Origin: Carcharhinus amblyrhynchos
Lineage: Eukaryota
Length of the DNA: 64,000 nt
NCBI GenBank assembly: GCA_965287045.1
Contig: OZ336874.1
Span: 53,382,001-53,446,000 of the forward strand
Direction: 5' to 3'
Shown in pieces: positions 36,871 to 49,448 of the stretch (the first letter of the stretch is position 1; each line of letters starts with the position of its first letter). The notes beneath the pieces were generated by a model that saw only the letters and a program-made list of their open reading frames with translations, searched no databases and was not told where the DNA came from. A program made the translations under genes and the position numbers.

Positions 36871-39386
36871 ACCTGCTCAATTCACTGTATCCCATCACTC
36901 TTCCTGGCACTCAGGATTCACTCCTAACATCCAGATACTCACTTCAACCAATGATGCCAGCCTCACACCCACTCCTACTACCTCCATAGTCCTCCAAGTA
37001 TTCACTGGGGAAGATGCATCATCCAAACACAGAGGCATACTTGCCTCTCTCTTGCAGAACCAGTGGAAGACAATGGAATGGAGCAAAGCATAACTGGTGG
37101 AGGGCAAGGACAGCAGCATCTTCTGAGCCCTACAGGAAATGGCTCTTGTGCCATGACACCAGATGCAACAGAGCCTTTGGCATTGACCATCACTGAGAAT
37201 ATCGAGAATGGGACATTACTGCCTTATGCCCTTTCTCAACACCTTGTACACCATCAGTTTGCCACCTGGCGTGAGGAGCAAGCTGATGAGTGCGTGGCCT
37301 TGGACCGTTTGCTTTCACTTGGCCCCACTTCCCTCACACCAACCTTTCCCTTTCTTTCTTCTTGCTCTGAGACACCCAAACACTGCCACCTGTCCAGCCA
37401 CAAGAGGAAGGGGAAAGAGTGACAGCACAGCTCTAATGAAGAACTGAAGTCTCTTCATTTGCAACTCGCAGTCACCACCCCACAATCTGGCACTGCTCAT
37501 TCCTTAGAGCAGGCATCTTCCCGTAGTGAGCCACCAGGGTTCAGTGGGCTGCAGCCAGGCCAAGGGTAAAGGACAATTTGTGCGCTATCTATCCAGAGGC
37601 CACAGCTACAGAGTGGACACAGATGAGGATTTTGACAGGGTGATGTACAGGAGAATACGATGAGGATGCAGATAGAGATGCTGGGTACATTGGCTGACTT
37701 GCAGACAATCTTCTATCACTATTAATGAGGTTGGAAAGCCTGGCTCCAATGGTGCAGAGGATCATGCCGAGCTTGCCCCCCTGCAAGTTCCATCCCCTTG
37801 TCCTGTTGCAGAGCCAGAAGAGCAGCTTCAGCCCCCATACCTGTTGCAGCTTATTTGTGTGGAGAGGTCACCAAATTCTCTGCTATCCCTATGAGGATGC
37901 AGCAACTCCCCACTGCCAAAACCAGCAGTTCAACATAACAGACAGGATTTCCTGTCCTTTCCTGCTGGCAGGATCTTCCTATCCTGCCAAATCTGACCCC
38001 CACTGCAGTTTCCCTGGCACTGTGCCAGCGAGCAACATAAATGGCCATTAACTTTTCCAGTGGCCAATGGCGAGTTGCTTCCTATGCTGGAACAGCCACC
38101 ACATGGTGGGGGGTAGATAATCCTGGCCAGCATCTCCAAAAACTCTAGTTGGAACTTTCAGCAACTTTGCAATAGCAAAAGTTATTTTAAATTTCAATAA
38201 CTGACTCTTTAAATAATGCTAGCAGTGGGCTCTGACTGCAGCTGGAACACATGCTGTTTGGTGAAGCGAATATGTTGATTGGACATGTGTCAGGAGGTAC
38301 GGTGGGAGTTAGGAGGTTTACTGCATACAGTGCAGCCTGAGTGAGTACCCTTTTCAGCATGACGGCACACCCCGTGGTGCTCAGGGGCATTCCGCTTCCA
38401 TCAAGCTATCTCCAGCAACATTACAGACTGGAATGTTGTGCCAGGAACAGTTATTTTTAGGCCAGGACTGCATAGGTATATCAGATTCACTTCCACAAAA
38501 AACACTAGTTACCTGGCTGAGTCTATACAACAATCCGGTGACTTTAATGATTATATTCTCCTCTGCCAGCCTACAACTTCATTGAATTCAATTTTATTAT
38601 TTGCCAGGATAAGATTTGAACTCATGACCTCCAGTACAGTGCAATAACCACTAGACAAACACTCAATTTATATTGCACTTTCTATTTCCATAAGAAAGTT
38701 GTCAGCTTGGTAGCTTACGTGGCTAAGTATGTGACTCCTCGTCCCATTTGGTTGGCTCAGTTACAATCTCCCATAGTTAATCGTTGCTTTAATTTGATAA
38801 CTTTAAAAACCGTCCACACCAGTGTCCATTCTTGTTTTGAAACTGAGTTGAGTGTTGCTACGGTGTTGCGGCAACAAGTCACTGTACCCCGATTCAACAC
38901 TCACAGGCGAGTTGGTGACAGAACTGCAGGGAAAGGAGCTTCCAAAGTCCACAGCTGACTTATTCTGGAAAACGTTTTGTACTGTAAACAAAACTTCAGT
39001 CACAGCTCATTTCTGCTGCATAAAACAAGTCAATCGGCAGAAATAATAACTGAGATTTCCAAGCCCCACACTGGTGGTACGTGCTGTTTATGCAAAAATG
39101 TGTGTGGCATTGAGTTCTTACTGCCATGACTGCATCTTTTAAATTTGATATGAGTAGATAGATTTAAAGGTGATTTGGCTTCTTGTTAATGTCAGCAACA
39201 CCTTAACTGGCACTCAAATACAAAGCAAAGAGGGTTATTATTCTATCAGATACCAATCAAGAAAACCAGCAAAAGTTGATCAATATTTTCAAGAAGGCTG
39301 ATATAGCTTCAAAATGCTGCCAACTGAAAAGGATCCTGAATTTTACTTGTACTCACACTGAGAGCGTGGTGGAGCATCAGCTTATT

Positions 39387-40097
39387 GGGCTGAATTTTAC
39401 CCCAAAGAGAGGCTATAAAGCGAGTCCTGAATTGTGCTTGGTGGCAGCAATTTTACCACAGGTGGCATCACTGCGTGCCCACCATTCATTAAGCATGGCA
39501 CGCAGGCCCCTGATGTTGTTGGCCAGCCGCTCTGAAACCTCAGAAACTGGAGAGGTGGATGCTGCTGAGAGAGTTCAGAAACTTCAGGGGTACCTCAAGT
39601 TGCAGACATCCTTGAAGGACAAAATTAAATTGAGGATGACCAAAGAAGGAGACCTAACGATTCTTAATGATTCGGAGAATCATTAAGATAGCGGGGCCTG
39701 TTTTCCTATCTGTGGCCCTCCCTTTGAAGGATTGCACCTCTGGATCCTATGCTGTCCCTGCCTATCACATCCATGCCCCGCTCCCCAACTGCACCCTTGG
39801 CCAGCTGCAGGGAGGCCTCATCTGTGAGGCTGGGGGTCTCCCTATATATTGTGCTAGGGGGAGGGAAGGGTGAGTTCATCCCATTGTTGGAGCCTTTACC
39901 AGCAGCTCCACAAAATGGTGGTCAGTAGCACTTTTCGTTATGCAAATTGACTGCCTGTTTGTATTCAGCAGGAACCTGCTGCTGGGAAACTTCACCTGAA
40001 GTGGGAATCCATTAGGGAGCAATCCCAACATGGCTCTGACTATATTACCGCCCATTCACACCTGTTGCTGCAATCTAGCAATCAGTCAAATCCTGCC
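39387..40097. mobile_element. Harbinger-like non-autonomous element
   Basis: Termini 'gggctgaatttt' / 'aaatcctgcct'. Confidence 0.55.
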
Positions 40098-40799
40098 TAT
40101 TATATCAGCAAAAGTGGGTATATCCAAGCCCCAATAATGTAATGCCAACAAAATCAGAGTTGTAGTCAGCTATTGAAAGGATATGCCCACCCTACTAACA
40201 AGGCAAGTTCCCTCAAATTTTGTAAGGCAAGGCCTCCCTTCCATCTGCACATACTTCTTGTGCATGGGAAAATGATTTTAGGGAGCAATCCACAAATTTA
40301 ATTGGCTCCCAATTGCAAAACATAGCCAGTCATGCCCTCTTAAAGGGATGCTGTCCACCCTTCGACAAGAAATTAATTTTGCTGCAATGGAATGACTATT
40401 TTCATTGGATCAAAATGATTACAAGGAGCAATGTAGACTCCTTACAAGGCTGTGGGAGATGCAGAAAGTGGTGGGTGATCTCCTTAGGGCCACCAACAGA
40501 AATGCAATTGGTTTGCAGAAAAATGTTGCATCCAGGGTGTGATGGTGCAGACAAATGGTGAACATGTTTTACAGAATCCGTAAGAATTGTCAGGTTAGGT
40601 ATATTTCTTCTTTAAACATATGGATATCTCTTTGTCCATGGAAGTTATAATCATGAAGAGCTGGAATTTTCTGCCGTTTAGACCCTGTTGCCACTGCAAA
40701 CGAGAATGGAGAATTTGGTGCTCAGCTAACTCTCCAACCAAAGAATCACACTGGCGTGAATGGCCAGAATGAGTCTTTCCTGCTTATTATGGAAAAATC

Positions 40800-41490
40800 T
40801 GAGCTTGTCTATTTTGGCATGAAGAATTGAAAAACAGAATTCTGCTTAAATGGAGAGAGACTGCACAATGTCACAGCATGGAGTGATCTGGGTATCTGTT
40901 CATGAATCACAAAAAATTAGTATGCAGGTACAGCAAGTGATTATGAAGGCAAATAGAATGTTGGCCTTTATTGCAAAAGGACTGGAGTATAAAAGTAGGG
41001 AAGTCTTGCTACAACAGGATATTGGTGAGACCATAGCTAAATTATAGTGTACAGTTTTGGTCTCTTTACTGAAAGCAGGATAAACTTTCATTGGAAGCAG
41101 TTCAAAGAAGGGTCACTAGGCTACTAAGACGGAGGGATTATTTTATGAGGAAAAATTGAGCAAGTTGGACCTATACTCATTGGAATTTAGAAGAAATGCA
41201 CAAGATTCTGAGTGGATTTGGCAGGGTGGAGACTGAGACAATGTTTCCCCTTGTGGGGGAATCTGGAACTAGAGGGCACAGTTTCAAAATAATGGATCTC
41301 CCATTTAATATTGAGATAAGGAAAAGGTCTGCTGTCAAGGAATTGTTGTCTTTAGAATTGTCTTGACTGGGGCTTCAGAGTTATGGGGGATAGGCAGGAG
41401 AGTGGTGTTAAAGCTATAATCAGAGCAGTTATTATCTTACTGAATAACGGAGCAGGCTCAATGAGCTAAATGATGTAGTACTCCGAATGA
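40800..41490 (+). mobile_element. CR1 3' fragment
   Basis: 'VQQVIMKANRMLAFIAKGLEYKSREVLLQ' and decayed 3' UTR. Confidence 0.9.
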
Positions 41491-41970
41491 TCTTGTGATA
41501 AAGCAGGCAAGAATATTTTCCCCTTTTTTGGAAGATTCATGCATGAAATTAAGATAGGAGCACAATGCAATAGGATACATTGATACCTCATATTTAAGTA
41601 ATTACAATTTCTGCATGAATTCAAGATTGCTAGCAGAAACACTATGCTAACTTACTTTTCTAAAAGTTAATTCTGACAAATGTATTTATTTGTGGATACC
41701 CCTGGCATTTGTTACTGTGAGAAGGTGGTAATGGTGGTGTAGCAATTTGATACAACAGAGTGGCTTGCTAGACCATTTCAGAGGTGTTAAGTTGAAAGTT
41801 ATTTATTAGTCACAAGTAGGCTTATGCTGCAATGAATCTACTGCGCAAATACCCTAGTTGCCACACTGTTAATTGTCAGACAATTTGGTGTGGAGCTGGA
41901 GTTAAATGTGGGGCAGACGAGATGAGGACAGCAGCTTTCCTTTGCCAAACATGACCCGGTTCTGCTTTTA

Positions 41971-42271
41971 GATCATAAAATCCCAACAGCGCAGAAGGAA
42001 GCCATTCAGTCCGTCAAGCCTGCACAGACAACAATCCTATCCAGGACCTGTCCCTGTAAACCCCCAAATTTACCCTTGTTAGTCCCCTTGATACTAAGGG
42101 GCAATTTAGCATGGCCAATCAACCTGACCCGCACAACTTTGGAGTGTGGGAGGAGACTGGACCACCTGGAGGAAACCCACAAAGGCACAAGGAGAACATG
42201 TAAACTCCACACAGTCACCCAAGGCCAGAATTGAACCTGGGTTGTTGGTGCTGTGAGGCAGCAATGCTATC
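41971..42271 (-). mobile_element. HE1-type SINE, tail A, nested in second-family SINE (41690-42340)
   Basis: Head/core/tail on the minus strand; a tail B fragment also lies at 41790-41868. Confidence 0.88.
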
Positions 42272-43007
42272 TTGGTATAAGATCAATTTTGTATTTTGAT
42301 GGCCACTTTTTTACTGATATTGGATATTTATTTCCAGATTTTCTTTACTCTACACAAGATAATATTAACAGGTTAGAATAGAATTGTGAATTCTAATGCT
42401 TAGTTATGTGATGTTGTCCAGCAAGCAGTTAGAAATTCTCTAAGAATAACAACGAGAGAAAATTTTTGCCCAGAGTGTCAATATACCATCATGGAAGGCT
42501 TCTGAACAAATAATAAACCAGCACTACTTATGGGTGATCATTTGCCAGTGGTAAGTTCAATGTTGAAGCAGAATGATTGGTGTGTACAAAGTGGAAATTA
42601 TCAGAAACTTTGAAGTAAACATTACAGCAAAGACCTGCAATTTAGTTTTGAAAGAGTAAATTAGGAAATATTATTTTTTGTTGTGGGGGGGGCGGGTTAA
42701 TGATGAAAGATTATCAATTCTAAGTTATTATTAAAACTCCAGAGATTTCTTGTAGCATAGAACACTTTACCACTGAGAATAATTGACGCAGAGACCATTG
42801 CACCTTTTAAGAGAAAAGTGGATACATAACTGAAGTACAGGAAATTATCATAGGGAACAGGTCAATGGGATTGGCTTTGAATTGCTATTGTAAAAGACTG
42901 GCACAGGCATGATAGACTTGAATGATAACCTTCTGTGCTATAGACATCTCTAGTTCCTTAATTTTACAGTAGAAAATAGAATGAGGACATTCAGGAATAA
43001 TAGGATG

Positions 43008-43212
43008 TTGGTTAGCTCAGTTGGTTGGACATCTGGTTAGCGATGCAGAACAATGCCAACAGTGTGGGTTCAATTCCTGGCTGAGGTTATCCATAAAGGC
43101 TCCACCTTCTCAACCTTGCCTATTGCCTGAGGTGTGGTGACCCTCATGTTAAACCATCACTAGTCAGCTTCCTCTCAAAGGAGGAGAGCAGCTTCTGGGA
43201 CTAAGGCAGCAT
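43008..43212 (+). mobile_element. tRNA-derived SINE (third family)
   Basis: A box 'tagctcagttgg', B box 'ggttcaattcc', followed by a non-tRNA body. Confidence 0.7.
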
Positions 43213-43332
43213 ATATGAGTTCATAAATAATTTGTCACAACTGAATGAATATTGTGAAGTTCTTTTACAGATTATTTTCTATGCAGTAGGTGTTGTGCAT
43301 ATATTTGATAACATTCTACATGAAAGCATGAA

Positions 43333-43586
43333 TGGTGACACAGTGGTTAGCACTGCTGCCTCACAGTGCCAGGGATCCGGGTTCGATTCCCAGCGTGGGT
43401 CACTGTCTGTGTGGAGTTTGCATGTTCTCCCTGTGTCTGGATGGGTTTCCTCCCACAGTTTGAAAGATGTGCTGATTAAGTGCATTGACCCAAACAGGTG
43501 CCGGAGTATGGCGACTAGGATAATCTCACAGTAACTTCATTATAATATTAAAGTAAGTCGTACTTGTGACTAATAACTAAACTTTA
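43333..43586 (+). mobile_element. HE1/V-SINE-type SINE, tail B
   Basis: Head 'cagtggttagcactgctgcctcacag...gggttcgattccc', tail B. Confidence 0.92.
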
Positions 43587-45171
43587 TATTATGCTTGGAT
43601 CAGGATTATATGATTTTCAAAGAATTGAAATTCTACCAAAAAAAGGATGTGATTTGAAGCACTGAATATGTCTGGAGGAGGCATGCAGTTAATTGGAGTA
43701 TTTTGCATATTGTGGAGATGTAAAATGCCTTGATTCTGGGGTTTGGAATTTGTTCATTATAGTGAACAAGGGCCTTACCCGTGATACACTCCAGTCAGAC
43801 ATGCATGCATATAATCAGAACAATGAGTAGACTTATTTTTCAGTATTATGCCTTTAGAGGGCACACTATTTTTACAGTCACAGGTAAGATCACTTTCTTG
43901 TATAGCTCTCCATTCACACTCTCCTTCCTCCTCCTAACCCTACTTCTTCCTGTGTCCACCCCTGGAAAAATCTTATCCTCAATTCATTTACAGTTGTACT
44001 TCCAAAATTTCAACTCTTGAATCTTTGCCCCTCCATTTTGATTTGGAAATTGGGGCATTTTTCTCTGTTAAAGATGTTATATAAATACTGGTTGGTTAGT
44101 ATTATTCCCATCTGTTGGTGCTCTGCTGAACCAGACATCTGTGATCAAGAAGGAAAGTTAAGTAGCCCTTTATGGGCCACCACCAGTATCACTGTGTTAA
44201 TAACATACTGTACTGATGATTTTTTTCAGTCTATCTGTGCCAAGGTTGGAAATGCGCACCAAAAAAATTAGTCATTTGGACTTGTATCAAAACTGATGAA
44301 CGTCCATACCTGATATGTTAATCTATTCTTTTGTACTAACCAGATGTTGCAAGATCTGCTCTGCATGTCCAAAAGCTTCTGTTTTCATTGCAGGTTTCCA
44401 GTATCCCATTATCTGTTTTATTGCTGTGCTCATGAACGAATGTATATAGGAGCTGGATAAATACTGGGCTGAGAATGGAACTGAAGGATCCATAGAGACT
44501 ATAATGCTCAAAAAGTCTATTACAAGCAATGGATCCGGTGGTGCTGAGACCACTGAAAAGGCATTTCTGGAATGCAATTGCATATGTGAAAAGCAAACAC
44601 ATCATGTTGGTTGTAAGGTTGGATAGATATTGCTTTTAAATGCTTTTAAAGCAAGAGAAAGATTTTGCAGAGCTTTCCCCTTGAACTAAATTTGGGAGAA
44701 TTTATATAATGTTATCTCATGCAGTTTAGGAGATGCAATCAGGCTCCAAGTCAACTTAGATATGCAGCTATATCCTGTATAGGCCTATTGTATGCAAGAT
44801 ACCACTCTGATCCTGCTGATGTGTTATAACTTGAAATTAATTTTTTTTTAACCTGTTTTACTGAACAGATTATCAATCTCTCAAACAATGCCAAATAAAG
44901 AGGTGGAGCTGATTCAATGGATTTCAATCGAGGAAGGACTGCTGCTTAAACAGCTGTTAAGACCGATTAGATGGGGAGCAACTGCACTGGCTTCACAAAT
45001 CGTACAAATGCAAGTTTGATGCTGATAATCCCCACATCCCAGTGTAAATGCCATGATGTATCTCTGCTGCTAACCCCACAAGACGTTTCAGAGTCAAGGA
45101 TCCATTATTAGCATTTGAATGGTTGCTTCCTGAGCCTTTGTGTATAATAGAATGAAATTCAGGACTGCAGG

Positions 45172-45484
45172 ATCATAGAATAGAATCATAGAATCCCAAT
45201 GGTACAGAAGGAGGCCATTCGACCCATCAAGGCTGCGCCAACAACAATCCCACCCAGACCCTATCCCCATAATCCCATGTATTTACTCTGCTAATTCCCC
45301 TGACACTAAAAGGTAACTTAGCATGACCAATCAACCTAAATCACACATCTTTGGAGTGTGGGAGGAAACCAGAACGCCCAGAGGAAACGCACGCAGAGAC
45401 AGGGAGAACGCGTAAACTCCACACAGTCACTGAAGGCTAGAATTGAACCCGGGGCCTTGGCGCTGTGAGGCAGCAGTGCCACCG
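45172..45484 (-). mobile_element. HE1-type SINE, tail A
   Basis: 'tagaatcatagaat' tail and core/head on the minus strand. Confidence 0.92.
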
Positions 45485-45897
45485 GTGCAGGAAATATGGT
45501 GCCCCACTATCAAGAATGAGGAATTGTAATTCTTGCTGAAAGGGGTCATTTTAATTGATACAAATTGGACAGGTAAGCATTTAAAGTTACTTACATGTCG
45601 TGGAGCTACCAGAAGCTAGCCATCTCCAAATTTAACCCACAGCACTAAACAAGTGGCAAGTGTCAGCTACGTAAAACTGACTGGAATTCAATGAGGTCGT
45701 GTCTCATTGCTGCAATAGGAGGTTTTTAAAACACACCTGCTCAAAACCTTCCCAAATATAAAATTAACCCCAAAGTTATTGAGTCTTAAAAGTTCAATGT
45801 TTGTGCCAGGGCCAGAGGCTGACATTAAACATCAGAACAGGAGGAGTCCATTCAACCCATCAAGCCTATTCCACTTTTCAGTTAGATCATGGTCCAC

Positions 45898-46090
45898 CAG
45901 GAGACAATTTAGAAGGCCAATCCACTTAAACTGCACATCTTTGGACTGTGGGAAGAAACCAAAGCATGCGGAGGAATCCCACGCAGAAATGGGAGAACGT
46001 GCGAACTCCACACAGTTACCAAGGCTGGCATCGAATCTGGTTTCCTAGCACTGTGAGGCAGCTGTGCTAACCACAGTTCCACCATCCCAC
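45898..46090 (-). mobile_element. HE1-type SINE, 3'-truncated
   Basis: Head and core only. Confidence 0.85.
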
Positions 46091-47039
46091 CCATCAACCT
46101 TATTATACTGATGTCATCCTTAATTAATCGAGCTGTAAAACCATCTTTTTCTAGCCTCCTGTTCTTACCAAATGTCATACATTCTTGAATATTCAGTTCC
46201 AGCCTTTGCTTCTGTAATGGTTATCCGATCACACATATTTATTTCTATTTGAGTTGACAATTTTGAAGCAGCAGAATTTGAGTCTTTACATGTAGATTCA
46301 AGTGCCTTCCAATTCTGCTGAATTTCCATTCTCTGTTGGGGATAGATGTCAGCCAAATCATAGGTGGTCCCCACAGGGTGAGGTAAATTCTAGAGCAATT
46401 TGTCCCCAGCTGCTTATTTGTATTGGCACAGATTTGCAGTAAGGATAACAGTGAGGCTATCTGCAATGTTATGGAATAAACTTCAAATCTTCCACAGAGG
46501 TGCAGTTAAACTCAGAAATCAGAAAGTTGCTGTCCGGTTTGTCCTTCTCCTCATTAAGATCCAGAATCTTGCCGTGAGAATCAGCATTGAAAAAAATGAA
46601 GGGCATGAAATTGTGCTGCTTGCCCACTACATACCAACTAAACTCACAAGATAAGGATAGGGCACATCCATTCAAGGGTAATTAAATTTTAACAGAACAA
46701 TAAAGTTTAATAATTTCCAAACAAACTCTCTTAGTGAAAATTAAATATTGAATCTCATTTCTTCAAATTTTAATTATTTTTGGAGGTTTGTTTAAAAACA
46801 ACCAAAATTGCATTTTATTTTTCATGTTGTTTCTTTTATCTCACTCTCTTAATCCCATCCATCTTTCTTCTCTTTATTTCACATTTTTTTCCTGATTTTA
46901 TATTGAATTAAGTATTCTAATTTGTTTTTCCTGGTTTAAATATAGTGTGTCTCAGGGCAGATTCTGCAATCTGGTTCTCGTAGGTCACCTGTAGAGAATG
47001 CTGTGCCATCCCAGACTTCAAATGCTGCAAGGAAATCCC

Positions 47040-47270
47040 TCAAAAAGCCTGTCCACTATCCATAAGGCGCAAGTCAGGAGTGAACAAATACTCTCCATTT
47101 GTCTGGATGAGTACAGCTCCAACACTCAAAAAGCTTGATACCATTCAGGACAAAGCTGCCTGCTTGATTGGCATCTCTACCACAAACAATCACCCCTTCC
47201 TCCATCGACCCACAGTGTGTCCTGTCTGCAAAATGCACCGCAGGAATTCACCTGCTATCCTTTCCAAAAT
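47040..47270 (+). mobile_element. CR1/L2-group LINE fragment
   Basis: 'KAQVRSVNKYSPFVWMSTAPTLKKLDTIQDKAACLIG'. Confidence 0.8.
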
Positions 47271-48150
47271 GCTGCTACTGTTCCTAATACATTTGCTTCT
47301 GTGAGCATCCTCATTCTCCAACTTTATAATGTAAATTTTGCAGCATCCAATATAACCATATTCTTTGGACCTTCACAGGCCTACATTACAGAATGAGCTC
47401 AGATCAATCAACCAATTTGACAGTGCCTTTGCATGCATGGAGTATACTGAGTGATCCTACTAGTTGATGAATGGACTTTGCTTTTGTTTTCTAGGAAGTC
47501 TTTTAATCATCCTACTATTATCTATCAGCATCGTAATGGGTAGCCTTTATCTCCTTGGAGACTACTTGAAATCAAGCTTTTTAGTGCAGGGTTTTGTTTT
47601 GGGATCAGGAACGCAATGCTAGGAGCAAGTATAGGTCTGGACCTCCCACTCTGTTGGATAGAGTCATTCAACACTATTGTGTTCAAAGGTTTAATGAGCA
47701 ATGTTTGATTATGTTAGTCTATTGGCTGATCTATGTTTGTTGCACTTGATTGATTAAGACTGGGTATAGCCTCTGAGAGCTAAAGTAAACAGAAACTTAT
47801 AGAAAAGACCTGTGAACATGTGTATAGAAGTCCTGTGATGGCTGAGATGTTTTAAGGTATTGTAAATAAATCTGTTGTTTACTTAGAACTAGTGTTTTTC
47901 CATTCCTCTGAGGCAAATCAGATATATAAAATATACAAGAAACTGATGAATATACAACAGAATTGGTGATGGGAATCGTTGAGAAATGTTTGATTTTATC
48001 ATCTCCAGCAGTGTTTCTTTTATTGCTGGGAGGTTCATCCTTATCGTGGGTTGGATGGATTTTGAGGCATTGCTTACTACAAGGATAGACAGTCCAGATG
48101 TAGCAGTGATCACAAGAAGGCAATACTTGTATAATGTCTCAGCGTAGAAG

Positions 48151-48356
48151 TGATGTGGAGATGCTGGCGTTGGACTGGGGTAAACACAGTAAGAAGCCTC
48201 ACAACACCAAGTTAAAGTCCAACAGGTTTATTTGTAGCAAATGCCACTAGCTTTCGGTTCTCCCACCCATCCACCTGCAGAAGGAACAGCCAGTTCCAAA
48301 AGCTAGTGGCGTTTGCTACAAATAAACCTGTTGCACTTAAACCTAGTGTTGTCAGA
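48151..48356. mobile_element. Fold-back element (family C) with hammerhead motif and 7 bp TSD
   Basis: GTAGAAG duplicated at 48144-48150 and 48357-48363; inverted arms; motif at 48271-48309. Confidence 0.85.
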
Positions 48357-49159
48357 GTAGAAGGTCAGCAAATATTCAAGCAGCATACAGGAGATATGTT
48401 GACACTTGGTACACCAGTAAGTGCACTCAGAAAATACTTTGGACTAAAGAAAAGTGTAATAATCAAACAATATACATTTTGCCAGAGTTGCCATGGAAAT
48501 GGTAAAAAATGCATGGCAATGTTCAACAATTAGCTTCTAAAATTTGGTACACTTACCAATGGACTAATTCAGTACCAATTAATTGAAAAGACTTCAATGC
48601 CACAAATTAGGGAATGTCTCTTCATGGAGGATGATGATTTAACCCGAGAAAAAAACCTTGGCAGTCCAAATTGGATTTGCCATGCTGGATTTGAAGATGT
48701 TGAGTAGAAATGCATCCTCAGATTCAGGGTCACAGGCACAGCTTGGCCAACTAGCTTAAATGCAGGTATTAGGAACAAAGCAGCAGTCTCATCAACACAT
48801 GCCCCATCACAGTTAGATACCTTCAAAATTGTGCTCAAATTGTAGAAATACTCATCAAAAACCAACACCATTTGAAAAAAATTGTAACTCATGCTTAAAG
48901 TGGAATCATTTTGCCAAGGTGTATAGGTTGTAGAAGAAGAGGACTTGATCAGTTTGGCACATGGAAGAGTCGCTTTCTGAGAGTGAAGTATAGCATGTAT
49001 ATACCATCATGAAAAGTAATGCACTGGGTCATTTCAAGGATTGTTCAGTTGAGATCATAGGCACATCTGTGTTGCTTCTCATTGATGTTGCTGTAAGTAT
49101 TTTGAGCAACAAACTATTATCAGTACTTTACACAACTTCCCCTCAAAAGTCTGATGTCA

Positions 49160-49448
49160 CATACCAACCAACTCATGCGCAGCTTCTTCCCTGCTGCCGT
49201 CAGATTGGACCAACCCTGCATTAAGTTGATCTTTCTCTACACCCTAGCTATGTCTGTGACACTACATTCTGCACTCTCTCATTTCCACCTCTATGAACAG
49301 TGTGTTTTAGCTTTATAGCACACAAGAAACAATACTTTTCATAAGACATACATTCGCAGATTTGCGAGTGTATGTCACAGATTTGACTTGATTTGATTTA
49401 TTATTGTCACATGTTAATATATGTGACAATAAATCAAATCAAGTCAAA
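49160..49448 (+). mobile_element. Rex1/Babar-type LINE 3' end with rearranged tail
   Basis: 'TNQLMRSFFPAAVRL', 3' UTR, tail 'atgtgacaataaatcaaatcaa'. Confidence 0.7.

Larger units (their letters stand above)
35500..37800 (+). mobile_element. Harbinger Myb/SANT-gene remnant interrupted by SINEs
   Basis: 'VALEALVVQVQR...EQVIMEVNAE' at 35830-35990, similar to the Myb remnants at 31955 and ~60000; the downstream extent is uncertain. Confidence 0.6.

Noticed and set aside
43008-43085. tRNA genes (here and at HE1 heads)
   Set aside because: A/B boxes are present but no convincing cloverleaf, and they run into SINE bodies.
44323-44605. Overlapping ORFs and 'ttcattgcag' acceptor
   Set aside because: The acceptor lies in a decayed family B repeat arm, and the plus frames close quickly.
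48590-48700. 'IRECLFMEDD' as an RTE-type RT motif
   Set aside because: Context matches Gypsy gag (the FG.L...QLIE...IRERLL pattern) downstream of LTR and PBS.
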